Part shown: one piece after another, positions 9,353 to 19,292 of the stretch
Position numbering within the stretch: the first letter of the stretch is position 1
Layout of the letters: each line of letters opens with the position of its first letter
Virus record (IMG/VR): IMGVR_UViG_3300045684_000050
Span: 52,795-116,794 of that record
Length of the DNA stretch: 64,000 nt
DNA from: a virus
Direction: 5' to 3' (one strand)
Translations under genes and position numbers: made by a program
The notes under the pieces: model-generated
What the model saw: only the letters and a program-made list of their open reading frames with translations
What the model was told of the DNA's origin: nothing
The model's database searches: none

Positions 9353-10882
9353 TTATTTAAAATTAGCATCCCTTAATATTGTTCCTCCAACAGGATTAAC
9401 ATTTGGATCTGCATTACCGATTAATACATTAGTTGCCACATTATTTATAATAACATCATTAGCTTCATCAATATCATCATTAGCAATTGCAGCTACTGTA
9501 CCATCATTTATAAGTTTAGCATTTTGAACTGTTAAACCTAAATCTTGATTACCAGGAGTATCTTGCAATCTAATTACACTTTGAGCGGCTTCTTTAGTAT
9601 AAAAATTACCAGATACTATAGTAGATTGATTAGTAATAAGTTGAGTTGTCCATACAACAGGTCCAGTTTCAGCAACACCATGATTAACATTAATCATAGA
9701 TTTATGATTACCTGCGGAACCATATGCTGTGACAGCAGCAACTGGACAATTATTAGTTGTATAAGCATTATTTACATTAATAGAATTAACACAATTCCTA
9801 GAAATAAACCCACCATTATCTATTAATGCAGTAAATATTCCAGCAGAAATAGTGCCGCGTAAAGTATTGATATTTATATTAATAGCACTATTACCTCCAC
9901 TAGCTGTTCCATTTTGTTGATATATAAATCCTAAATTACTTAATTTATTAGCACTTACAGCATCTGCATTATTAACCTCCGTTGTATCATCTAATACAAA
10001 ATCTGTAAAATTACCTAATTCTATACCTGGATGTTGAACATCAAATGTTCCTATATTAACATTTATACTAGAATTATTAAAGTATCTACCATAAGAGTTA
10101 AATCCTGCAACTACTGAATTACCAGAACTATATCCGTAAAAATTACCAACATTAGCAGTAACTTTAAGATTTTCACAACTTCTAAGATTTGCTATACCTC
10201 TTAAATCTTTTGCTACATTAGCACCTCTCTCGTCTACAAAATAGTTTCCTATCTCAATAGCTATATTTCCTGATTGTACCACATTAGTACCACTATCACC
10301 AACATAAAAAAAAGCTAATCCCCATGTTTCTAATGAACTTTCAATAGCATTTACTTGATTAACTTTAATAATAGCATTTACATTTTCTGCTGCCCTAAAA
10401 AGAAAACCTAGAGGACCAAATGTTATAGTATCTGCATTAAATACTACATCGACCATATCTGTTATATCACCATCTTGTTTTTCAAAAAGAGAACTATTTG
10501 CTGCAATAAATTTACCGTGTCCTAATATTTTAGTAGATAAATTTCCAGCAACTCTTTTAGAAAATAAATATGGTGATACAGTAACAGCATCATTAACAGA
10601 AGTTAATCCTGTGTTTTGTTCCCAATACCAGTTTACATTATCTTTTAACAAAAAATCAGTACCCGCACCAGTATGAATGATATCAGGAGATGCCTCTGCA
10701 AGACCTACTGTCCAAGTACCATCTAATACATGAATTATATCACCAGTTTCTGCTGCTAACCAAGCAGTATGTGGATCTTTCCATGATCTAGATGTATAAC
10801 CTTTTAATGCAGATTGATTATTCCCAGTACTCTTACTAACATATAGTATTCTAGAATTATCTTTTTCAATTAAATATGTCAT
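9353..10882 (-). CDS. Right-handed beta-helix tailspike/depolymerase-like protein (paralog 1)
   Basis: LYVSKSTGNN...SWKDPHTAWLAAETGDIIHVLDGTW is a typical pectate-lyase-like beta-helix start; Asn/Ile/Gly-rich coils. Confidence 0.6.
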   Translation of the reverse strand: MTYLIEKDNSRILYVSKSTGNNQSALKGYTSRSWKDPHTAWLAAETGDIIHVLDGTWTVGLAEASPDIIHTGAGTDFLLKDNVNWYWEQNTGLTSVNDAVTVSPYLFSKRVAGNLSTKILGHGKFIAANSSLFEKQDGDITDMVDVVFNADTITFGPLGFLFRAAENVNAIIKVNQVNAIESSLETWGLAFFYVGDSGTNVVQSGNIAIEIGNYFVDERGANVAKDLRGIANLRSCENLKVTANVGNFYGYSSGNSVVAGFNSYGRYFNNSSINVNIGTFDVQHPGIELGNFTDFVLDDTTEVNNADAVSANKLSNLGFIYQQNGTASGGNSAINININTLRGTISAGIFTALIDNGGFISRNCVNSINVNNAYTTNNCPVAAVTAYGSAGNHKSMINVNHGVAETGPVVWTTQLITNQSTIVSGNFYTKEAAQSVIRLQDTPGNQDLGLTVQNAKLINDGTVAAIANDDIDEANDVIINNVATNVLIGNADPNVNPVGGTILRDANFK

Positions 10883-10935
10883 TTTTATAATACTTTACTT
10901 ATAATAGATTCCAAATATTAAATCATGTGCTGCCA

Positions 10936-12354
10936 TTATATAATATTTGTGTTCCGAGTAATAGTGTCAATGGTCTCTGTTATGTTTACATCTAATACTA
11001 AGGAGTTAGCATAACAATTTATAAAATTAATATTTATAGGAGCACCAGCATTACTAACTACAGGAGCAACATTCATATCATTTATGAAAGTACAATTCTC
11101 AAATTGAATTGTACTATGATCAACAGAATTTCCATTAATTGCAACCACTGGTTGGCCAATTCCTTGTGATTCAAATCTACAGTCTTTAAATATGAGCTTA
11201 CCTGTACCATCTCCGAATTGAAGTTGATTGATTAAAACACAAGGACTTGCTGCTGAAGTAGTATAGTTTCCTGAAATAATAACTCTACTGCTTTCAGAAA
11301 TATGTGGATCATATACTCCTATTGCAGGTTGACCTGTAGTAAATCCATTTTCACAATGAAATTTAGCCATACTACCAAGTCTAAAGTCACTACCTTGAAG
11401 AGATAAAATTTGCCTATTTGAATAAACTGCTCCATAATTGATATCCCATATACAAGCCTCGTTTAATGCTCCACCCGGTCCAGCAAAAGCAAACATTCCT
11501 CCAATTAATCCAGCATCATTTGAAACAGATGAATAAGGTTGCAATAAATTACCAGAATTAGAAAAATCTCGTATACTTCCAACTCTTACAACATAATTAC
11601 CTCTTGTAACTCCAACATCTGTTTGAAAATATACAGGTGTCAATCTCATGTATGAGCCTGGATTGCATCTTATGTGACCTATTTCTATGAAATCGAGAGT
11701 ATCTGAAGGACCTCCTGAAGGTTGCATTCTACATCCTCTTGAAACAACAGGATTTTGATCCATTTCAAGATAATCAATTTTAATATATCTTTCATATGTG
11801 TTAGCTCCATTAGGAGAAGTTCTTGAAGAATATCCTGTCCTTCCTGTACCTTGAATAAGCTCCCTTATTTTTATGTCAGACCTATTAGCATGACTATAAA
11901 CACCATCAACTCCGTCAGTAATAGTAATTCTATCAGATTCAAGATTAAATTGACCATTATATTGACCTACACCTAATACTCGCCCACTTGAACTATTTGA
12001 AGAAAATTCACCATGTCCCAGAATAGATACATCATATCCAGATAGATCAGTCTCAACGATTTCATCACCAAATCCAAAAGCGATGACATTTGTAATCATG
12101 TCATTTTTTATAAACTTAACACCTGCTTCTAGGTAGTAGAATATTCTTATACCGTCACGACCAAAAGACGGATTTATTCCTGCAAAATCATAAACACCTT
12201 GTCTAACATGAATAGTATCTCCATCATTTACAAGAGGTATTACCGTCTGTATGTTTTGATACGGACGCTCTGCATCACCCATTCTACCTGACATATCGTT
12301 ACCATCAAGAGATACGAACCAAGTTCTATTATGTTTATGTATTTTATGACTCAT
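10936..12354 (-). CDS. Beta-helix tailspike/depolymerase-like protein (paralog 2)
   Basis: WFVSLDGNDMSG...RPYQNIQ...GDTIHVRQGVY motif; C-terminal FKDCRFES...FENCTFIND shared with paralog 3. Confidence 0.6.
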   Translation of the reverse strand: MSHKIHKHNRTWFVSLDGNDMSGRMGDAERPYQNIQTVIPLVNDGDTIHVRQGVYDFAGINPSFGRDGIRIFYYLEAGVKFIKNDMITNVIAFGFGDEIVETDLSGYDVSILGHGEFSSNSSSGRVLGVGQYNGQFNLESDRITITDGVDGVYSHANRSDIKIRELIQGTGRTGYSSRTSPNGANTYERYIKIDYLEMDQNPVVSRGCRMQPSGGPSDTLDFIEIGHIRCNPGSYMRLTPVYFQTDVGVTRGNYVVRVGSIRDFSNSGNLLQPYSSVSNDAGLIGGMFAFAGPGGALNEACIWDINYGAVYSNRQILSLQGSDFRLGSMAKFHCENGFTTGQPAIGVYDPHISESSRVIISGNYTTSAASPCVLINQLQFGDGTGKLIFKDCRFESQGIGQPVVAINGNSVDHSTIQFENCTFINDMNVAPVVSNAGAPININFINCYANSLVLDVNITETIDTITRNTNII

Positions 12355-12427
12355 TTTATATATATAGCGTTTGTCTATCTATTGTCTGACCAACTTCTAT
12401 TACATTAGGGTCTGTTATTAATTCTTT

Positions 12428-12694
12428 TTATATCATTATGCCGTTAATAGCTGCTGAAACATCTTGATTAGATGCGTTAGCTTCTATTGTTAATACTAAC
12501 TCATCATATACTCCAGCAATTGTTCTCCCTAGCCTTAATGCTCGTGATATGTTACCTACTGTTTGAGCTGATCTTGACGCTCCTACGCCACTAGCTACTA
12601 CATATCCTCTGTTAGCCGCACTTGCTACATTGACATCTAACTTACCGTATGTGGTAGAGCCTGAACCTGATTTAATATATGAGCTATTAATCAT
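12428..12694 (-). CDS. Small structural-protein-like ORF, possibly a fragment
   Basis: 88 aa, beta-strand rich; its start overlaps the upstream stop. Confidence 0.45.
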   Translation of the reverse strand: MINSSYIKSGSGSTTYGKLDVNVASAANRGYVVASGVGASRSAQTVGNISRALRLGRTIAGVYDELVLTIEANASNQDVSAAINGIMI

Positions 12695-12860
12695 TTAAAT
12701 TTAACTTTATTTCCACCTCGATACTTTCCACTTTATCTTGGATGCCTTTGGTGATTATGAATGTTTTAAGTATTTCCTGCCCTAATTCTGTTTTAGATGC
12801 TATATCCAACAACCTATCTGCTATTTCTTTAGGTAAATTTACTTCTTTAATTTTAGTCAT
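12687..12860 (-). CDS. 57-aa small protein (MTKIKEVNLPKEIADRLLDIASK...), possible fibre chaperone
   Basis: Hand-translated ORF filling the gap after the tail fibre gene; its stop overlaps the next ATG. Confidence 0.55.
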   Translation of the reverse strand: MTKIKEVNLPKEIADRLLDIASKTELGQEILKTFIITKGIQDKVESIEVEIKLNLND

Positions 12861-12871
12861 TGTTTATTTTT

Positions 12872-14809
12872 TTAATACATTGCATTCCAGCTACTACCAT
12901 CGTAACCTTCATGTTTACTTGTTGTTGCATTCCATCTAATATCGCCAGCAGTAGCCGAAGAAAATGCTACTTGATTTGTTAATCTTAGTATATCTGTTTT
13001 AGTGTTCCCACTAACTTCTAATGTTTCAGAAGGAGCTGAATTATTAATTCCTACTCTTTTTGTATTTCCTGTTAAAAACAAAACATCAGCTTCAGTACCA
13101 TGAGTTGTTCTATATGAAAAAGCTAAATTAGCTAGATTTCCTGTAGTTGTAATAGCTCTAATACCCATTCCTCTAGAACCATCTCCAAAATTCATTACAG
13201 GTGTCATACCTGCTCCTGCTGTAATTGGGATATTAAATTTATATCCAGAACTTCCTATTGATCCTCCAAAACTAGTACTAGTTGCTTTAAATGTTAAATA
13301 ACCTGTACCACTTCCTCCTGAAGTATAACAATCTATTGTACTTGAGTTAGTTGTAGTGTTATACATTCTAAGACTATTAGTACCATAGGTAATCCTTAAT
13401 CCATCTGCATCTGTTACTCCTGATTGCTCAACTTGTAATTTTGATGATGGTATTATAGTTCCTATTCCGACGTTGCCTGTGTTTTTAATTGTTAACCTAT
13501 CATTACTTAAAAATACATCACCGTCTGCTTCTGCTTCAAATGAAAATTCACCAGCAAGATAATTATACAAACTAAATTGACCACCTTCGCCTGTTTGACC
13601 CAAATAAAAGTCGTCCTGCCCTGTCGATTTTTCCCAAATTATTAACGAGTTACCACTACCTCCTGGACTTTTTAAAACCAAATCAGTATTTGCCGCATCG
13701 TTTAATCTTAACGATCCTGTTACATCTAACTTATAAATTGGAGAACTTGTTCCTATTCCGACGTTACCATCATCGTCAATAATCATTCTGTCTAAAGGAG
13801 TGTTATTAAGTTTGGATGTTTGGAATAATAACCTACTTCCTGCTAATGCATTTACATCGTTGTATATTGTTGCAGGATAATAATTTCCGTCTGTTCCTTT
13901 TGCTCCTAAAATTAAAGAACTGTTCGATCCATCTTGATAAGAATGATTATTAATTCTTATTGAATTTGTACCTGATATATTAGCCTTTGATATATCTAAA
14001 AGAAACTCAGGAGAACTTGTTCCTATTCCGACGTTACCATCATCTCTTACGTTAAAAATAACGGCATCAGCAGAGTCTTGTACCCTAAATGAATGAGTGG
14101 CTGATGTAGCACCTACTCCTTTTACATGTAAAGTCGTTGAGGGTGATGTAATATTAACCCCATAAAAGTTTGAGTTTACATTAAACCTGCTTTTTAAACT
14201 AAAGTTATTTGCAAGCCATATATCCCCTCCTGTTATAGTATTTAAATATAAATCTTGAGTGCTTGAAATGTATCCGTAAGAATCATCTTGATTCATAGAT
14301 AAATACTTAGTTCCATCATTATTATATGTTCTTAAATATCTACCATCAAAAGCACTTATTCCTCCAGTAGTTATTTCTCCGTAAACTTGAGCAGTAGCCG
14401 ATGGTTGACCATCATAAACTTTTAAACCCCCCGAAGACGTTGCTGTTTCATCTCTATTAATATTAAGAGGGAAATTTCCATACGCATTTATTGAAGATGC
14501 CCCTGTATTACTCAAAAACATAGGATGATATGTTAAATCATCATTATAGGCTATAAATGAATTCTCCCTATTCCATCCTAACAACGATCTTCTTGTATCA
14601 TCAAAATTCAACCATTCCATATACGCACGGTAAGTCGAAGTATTACCTGCTTTGAACGTTATTAGATCATAAGAATCAGTATCAGTATCATTTATAATAG
14701 AAATACTAGATTGTTGTATACTAACTGTCCCTGTACCTTCAATAATACCATCCCCAGAAGACAACCTTTCCCAGAAACCCTTCTTATATGTAGTTTCTAT
14801 ATTAATCAT
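12872..14809 (-). CDS. Tail fibre protein
   Basis: Three GNVGIGT repeats plus RVGINNSAP, and a C-terminal GDIRWNATTSKHEGYDGSSW motif typical of Bacteroidota phage fibres. Confidence 0.75.
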   Translation of the reverse strand: MINIETTYKKGFWERLSSGDGIIEGTGTVSIQQSSISIINDTDTDSYDLITFKAGNTSTYRAYMEWLNFDDTRRSLLGWNRENSFIAYNDDLTYHPMFLSNTGASSINAYGNFPLNINRDETATSSGGLKVYDGQPSATAQVYGEITTGGISAFDGRYLRTYNNDGTKYLSMNQDDSYGYISSTQDLYLNTITGGDIWLANNFSLKSRFNVNSNFYGVNITSPSTTLHVKGVGATSATHSFRVQDSADAVIFNVRDDGNVGIGTSSPEFLLDISKANISGTNSIRINNHSYQDGSNSSLILGAKGTDGNYYPATIYNDVNALAGSRLLFQTSKLNNTPLDRMIIDDDGNVGIGTSSPIYKLDVTGSLRLNDAANTDLVLKSPGGSGNSLIIWEKSTGQDDFYLGQTGEGGQFSLYNYLAGEFSFEAEADGDVFLSNDRLTIKNTGNVGIGTIIPSSKLQVEQSGVTDADGLRITYGTNSLRMYNTTTNSSTIDCYTSGGSGTGYLTFKATSTSFGGSIGSSGYKFNIPITAGAGMTPVMNFGDGSRGMGIRAITTTGNLANLAFSYRTTHGTEADVLFLTGNTKRVGINNSAPSETLEVSGNTKTDILRLTNQVAFSSATAGDIRWNATTSKHEGYDGSSWNAMY

Positions 14810-17280
14810 TAAAATCTTGTTTCAGATGAGTAATTAATTACTACATCACTAGCCGTTGCTTCTGTTGCTGTAACAGTTATGCTTTTTATTGCCGCTCTAT
14901 TAAGAGGTATGACATCAGAGTACGAACCTCCGTATATTATGTGTCGATATGTTTCGTTATCATATAAAACTATATCTATTAACACTTTTACATTTTCCCG
15001 AACTTGAATATTAATTTTTCTTACATGAACTGTTGATGTAAATCCAGTAGCCACAATACTAGTTGTACCTCCTGTAGATATAGTACCTTCTACACTTCCA
15101 CTACCTGTTTCTGCAAGATATTGATGCTTAGGTGATGGAATAACATTATCATCATTCCCATATTCACTTTCCGACCCTATTACTGTATAAGGTTCTCCAT
15201 TTTCGTTAATATCACTGTATGTTACGGTCCCCCCGTAATTAAAAAATTGTCTATAAAAGGTAGTTTCAGTTTCTTGATATTCAATAGTTAAGTTTCTATT
15301 AGCAGTTACTCCCATATCACTATCTGTCCAAAAACTCCACTCTTTTATATTATCAGCATAAACATAAAATGAGGTTAATGCGTCTGCGGTGTTAGTATAC
15401 CATCCATTTGAAATAGTTACATTTGTAGTTCCTCTAAGGGTACTTGTAATAGCATTTATATTTTTAGAAAAGAATCCAATTCTGGTAATGGTTAGACCTC
15501 CTGGATCAGGTAAACCTATTTTAATCCATCCAGTGAAAGGTCGATTTAGATGTATTAAATGATTTTGAAGTGAGTTTGTAATAACAACCTCTGCCCCAGT
15601 CAAAGACCCCCCTTGTCCATAAATAGAATTACTTGGACTAAACCTGCCAGTATGTAATATGTGAGTTATATCCTGAGATAAATTAGATGTATGAGTATTC
15701 GTAATATCTTGCCCAAATCCAGGAAATGCTGGATAGAGTTCAGAGTATGTTCCAGGTGTAAATATAGTAGGTGTTTCAAGATGACTATCTTTCATCTTAA
15801 CTACTGTATAAGGTCTAACCCCTATTACTTCTTCACTATAAGGTAATGAGGTGTCTGCATTATCCCAGGCAGTTACATTGCCCAACACTGTATATGGTGT
15901 ACCATCAAATTTAAGATCAGATGTAGTTATAGTACCACCATCATTATTATACTCACGAATAAATCTAGTCTTTGTTTCTTGTAAAGAAACACTAAATGTT
16001 CTTGCTGTTGGGCTTCCACTTTTTAAATCTGTAAAAAATGTAAAATAATGACAATCCTCCACATCATATGTTACTGTAGCAACTAGTGTATTATTTGTTT
16101 GAGAATACCACCCATCACCTTCATCAGTTGCATTAGTAAGTGTAGAAGGTATATTTAAATTCTCCGATACCTGTCCAATAAGATTTCCTACAGTAGAGCT
16201 ATTATCTTCTATCGTTAATAATACCCTACCAGTAAATGCCCTGTTGAAATCAACCCTCCACTTAGAAACTCCTGTTAAAAACTGGGTTATTTTAGAACCC
16301 GAAGGGAATGGATTATTACCTGAAGGTGAACTGGTTTTTTGTATAATATCCCCCCCAACCGTGGATGTGTGAGTGTTAAATAATAGAGTGTCAAGATTTA
16401 ATACCCCATCTTCCCTATTTAATGTAACAGGTGTTTCGGGATAATAATCCTCCATAACCAACGACTGGGAACTTCTGTTAATATCCCCATCGCTAAAACC
16501 AACAATACTTTCTATACCTTGTACAGTATAAGGTGTTCCATCCGCTAAGTAATCTACACTGCTAATTACACCATTTGTATTTATAAACTCTCTTATGAAG
16601 GTTACTTCTGTTTCTAAAAACTCAACAGTAAATAAAGTATCTGCAGTAGAATCATTAATAAACTCTACATCAAAAAAGAATGTTCTTACATCTTTTCCGT
16701 AAAAAGCGAGTAATCCATCAAGGAATTGAAGTGTATGGGTATAAGTTAAATCCCCATTATTGGTCATGCTGGATATAGTGTACAGGAATTCCTCTGAAGC
16801 ATTACTTATAGTCCCTCCACTAGTAAATACCCCGTCTCTTCCCCCTAATCTTACTCTAATTTGCCCAGTAAATGGTCTATTTAAAGTTACTTTAATTGTA
16901 TTAGGACCTGCATTATTTACAGCAATATATCTATTTACATCTAAAACGAATCCCCCATGATCTGCCACAGCTGGGTTAACATCCAGAGCTATATCTGAAT
17001 TCACAACTTCCAAATAGGATACTAAGTCTGGTAATCCAAAAGCAGCAGTGTGTACTTGTCTAACAATAGGACTATTAGTTCCTGTAGCTGTATTTATTAT
17101 GCTGGTGGCAGGGCCTACTTGAAAAGTAGCACTATCAAATGTTTCATCGAAACTATCCCGCATTATAACAGATTGCGGCTTATCACTAAGTAACTTTTCA
17201 ATGTTACATAAGTGTGCCTGAATCTTACTAGACAAGAATAATTGCTGTTGTATTTGTCCACTTTTCGCTGATCCAGCCAT
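14809..17280 (-). CDS. Tail-associated protein with three internal modules
   Basis: Three copies of ET..F.R....G.....D....G.PYTV.G and of NR.FTG; located among the fibre genes. Confidence 0.55.
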   Translation of the reverse strand: MAGSAKSGQIQQQLFLSSKIQAHLCNIEKLLSDKPQSVIMRDSFDETFDSATFQVGPATSIINTATGTNSPIVRQVHTAAFGLPDLVSYLEVVNSDIALDVNPAVADHGGFVLDVNRYIAVNNAGPNTIKVTLNRPFTGQIRVRLGGRDGVFTSGGTISNASEEFLYTISSMTNNGDLTYTHTLQFLDGLLAFYGKDVRTFFFDVEFINDSTADTLFTVEFLETEVTFIREFINTNGVISSVDYLADGTPYTVQGIESIVGFSDGDINRSSQSLVMEDYYPETPVTLNREDGVLNLDTLLFNTHTSTVGGDIIQKTSSPSGNNPFPSGSKITQFLTGVSKWRVDFNRAFTGRVLLTIEDNSSTVGNLIGQVSENLNIPSTLTNATDEGDGWYSQTNNTLVATVTYDVEDCHYFTFFTDLKSGSPTARTFSVSLQETKTRFIREYNNDGGTITTSDLKFDGTPYTVLGNVTAWDNADTSLPYSEEVIGVRPYTVVKMKDSHLETPTIFTPGTYSELYPAFPGFGQDITNTHTSNLSQDITHILHTGRFSPSNSIYGQGGSLTGAEVVITNSLQNHLIHLNRPFTGWIKIGLPDPGGLTITRIGFFSKNINAITSTLRGTTNVTISNGWYTNTADALTSFYVYADNIKEWSFWTDSDMGVTANRNLTIEYQETETTFYRQFFNYGGTVTYSDINENGEPYTVIGSESEYGNDDNVIPSPKHQYLAETGSGSVEGTISTGGTTSIVATGFTSTVHVRKINIQVRENVKVLIDIVLYDNETYRHIIYGGSYSDVIPLNRAAIKSITVTATEATASDVVINYSSETRF

Positions 17281-17290
17281 TTGCTTTTGT

Positions 17291-17878
17291 TTATGCTATG
17301 TAATTAATTAAAAACAAGGAAATCAATAATGCCAATATCTTACTTCCGATATATAACCAATTATTCCCTCTAAAAAACTTATCAGTAATTGCTGTATTAC
17401 CAATATAAAATATATCTCGGCCCCATAATACATTTAGTGTTGCATCAAAAAACACCCAAAATATAAATGGGAATAAAAGTAAAAACCAAATATTAATGAA
17501 AGAGGATAGCACTATAACTATCCCTCTTTGAACTATTCTCGAAGTATGATCTTCAATATAATCTTTATCCTTAATATGCTCTACATCTATGTAGGCACTA
17601 ATCACCGTATAAGACAAAAAAAGAATAATAGGTATATAAACAGTCGTAGATCCAAAAATATGTAACAGGATGTAAGCTAATGCTCCACCTAATACAGTAT
17701 AAATAAGATCGATAAAATCAAACCCTTTAGATTTTATCTGATCATATACTTCTTTCCCAAACCCAGACAGGATAGCTAAAGACAATCCTATCATAGGGTG
17801 AGCAAAGAATGATACAACTAAACAGATAATAAAACCGGCTATAGCATGTAGTATATAATCTTTTCTAAAATAATCCAT
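17291..17878 (-). CDS. Multi-pass membrane protein
   Basis: D..LH..AG...GKEVYD...FDFIDL..T..GG motif common in phage membrane proteins; several TM segments. Confidence 0.6.
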   Translation of the reverse strand: MDYFRKDYILHAIAGFIICLVVSFFAHPMIGLSLAILSGFGKEVYDQIKSKGFDFIDLIYTVLGGALAYILLHIFGSTTVYIPIILFLSYTVISAYIDVEHIKDKDYIEDHTSRIVQRGIVIVLSSFINIWFLLLFPFIFWVFFDATLNVLWGRDIFYIGNTAITDKFFRGNNWLYIGSKILALLISLFLINYIA

Positions 17879-17879
17879 A

Positions 17880-19286
17880 TTATATCACATTTGTGTCCAT
17901 AGTTAATCCTGATAAAACATCTACTATATTCACTAAGGCCCCTATAGAATTTGTATAGCAATTAATCATTCTAACATTAATCGGTGTAACATTATTAGTC
18001 GCAATACATGGAGTTATTCCATCATTAATGAAAATACAATCTTGAAAGATAATTTCTTCATGATTAAACGACGCACCAATGCTAATAACTTCTATCCCGT
18101 TTTGTGTACTTTCAAATCTACAATTCTTAAATATAAACCTTCCCGTACCATCTCCAAACTGATTTTGATTTAACATAACACAAGGATGTAGTGTTGAATG
18201 ACTTTTATAATTACCTTCAATAACTACTTTTGAATTATTTAAACACTCAAAATCAAAAAAGCCTATACAATAATAATTTTCAGATATTGCACTTTTAATA
18301 TTAATATGAACAAGTGAATCATCTGAAATTATGAAACCTTGCATACTAAGTGTTGGATTAGGCGTTCTAATATAATTAGCTATAACTGTGCTATGAAATC
18401 TAAAATTTGGATCACTGGCTCCTCCAGCATAACCTATTTCAGGTTCTGCTTCCCCAGCAGCAGTAGAAGTCCCTGTATATCTAGGAACTACAGCAACAGA
18501 CTCTCTTTCAGATATTATACTATCTATAGTGAAAAAAGCACTACCATCAAATCCTCCTAAATCTGACTGAAGACTTATACCTCCTCTTCCTGAAGACTCT
18601 ATAAATATAGATCCAATATTATATTTACCATACATACCATCATAGGCAAATTGTCCAGGTTGCCATCTAATTATTCCATGCCTAGTAACATTGCTACTTT
18701 TAATATGTTTGACAATAAAAGTAGAATATACATCTGAGTATTCTGTAGCTCCCGTTAAAGAAAAAACAATACCTTCTCCTGAATTTATTACAGTATTAAC
18801 TTTCACTATAGAATCTTTAGACACTCCCTGAAAACCCCAACCTCCTAAAAGTGTTAAGGTATCTATTTCTATTCGAACACTATCTGTCCCATAAAAAGGA
18901 ATAGCAATATCAACGCCTGCAACATCATAAGTAATATTTGAATATCCTAATAAATTAAAAGTAGTGTTTGGTGTAGCATAAGTATCATATTTACCACTTC
19001 CAAATGGGACCGTAACACCATCTGCTAATAAATTAACGTATGGATCACAATAAACATTAATCTTTCCACCATCAATAGCAAGTTGATCTTGTAATACCGT
19101 GCCATTTGTTGCTGTTAATTCATAACTACCATTTAAAATATAAATAGTATCACCATCTATAGCAGCATCTCTACACACATCTAATGTTTTCCAAGGACGT
19201 TCTCGATCACCTTTCCTAGCAGAAATATCATTGCCTTCTACACTTAAATATAGTACATTACCATCTCTATGTATTTTATGACTCAT
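17880..19286 (-). CDS. Beta-helix tailspike/depolymerase-like protein (paralog 3)
   Basis: LYLSVEGNDISARKGDRERPWKT...DGDTIYILNGSY; C-terminus homologous to paralog 2. Confidence 0.6.
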   Translation of the reverse strand: MSHKIHRDGNVLYLSVEGNDISARKGDRERPWKTLDVCRDAAIDGDTIYILNGSYELTATNGTVLQDQLAIDGGKINVYCDPYVNLLADGVTVPFGSGKYDTYATPNTTFNLLGYSNITYDVAGVDIAIPFYGTDSVRIEIDTLTLLGGWGFQGVSKDSIVKVNTVINSGEGIVFSLTGATEYSDVYSTFIVKHIKSSNVTRHGIIRWQPGQFAYDGMYGKYNIGSIFIESSGRGGISLQSDLGGFDGSAFFTIDSIISERESVAVVPRYTGTSTAAGEAEPEIGYAGGASDPNFRFHSTVIANYIRTPNPTLSMQGFIISDDSLVHINIKSAISENYYCIGFFDFECLNNSKVVIEGNYKSHSTLHPCVMLNQNQFGDGTGRFIFKNCRFESTQNGIEVISIGASFNHEEIIFQDCIFINDGITPCIATNNVTPINVRMINCYTNSIGALVNIVDVLSGLTMDTNVI

Positions 19287-19292
19287 ATTATT

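Noticed and set aside
9353-19286. Diversity-generating retroelement acting on the fibre genes
   Set aside because: No reverse transcriptase and no adenine-specific TR/VR pair was seen in the window
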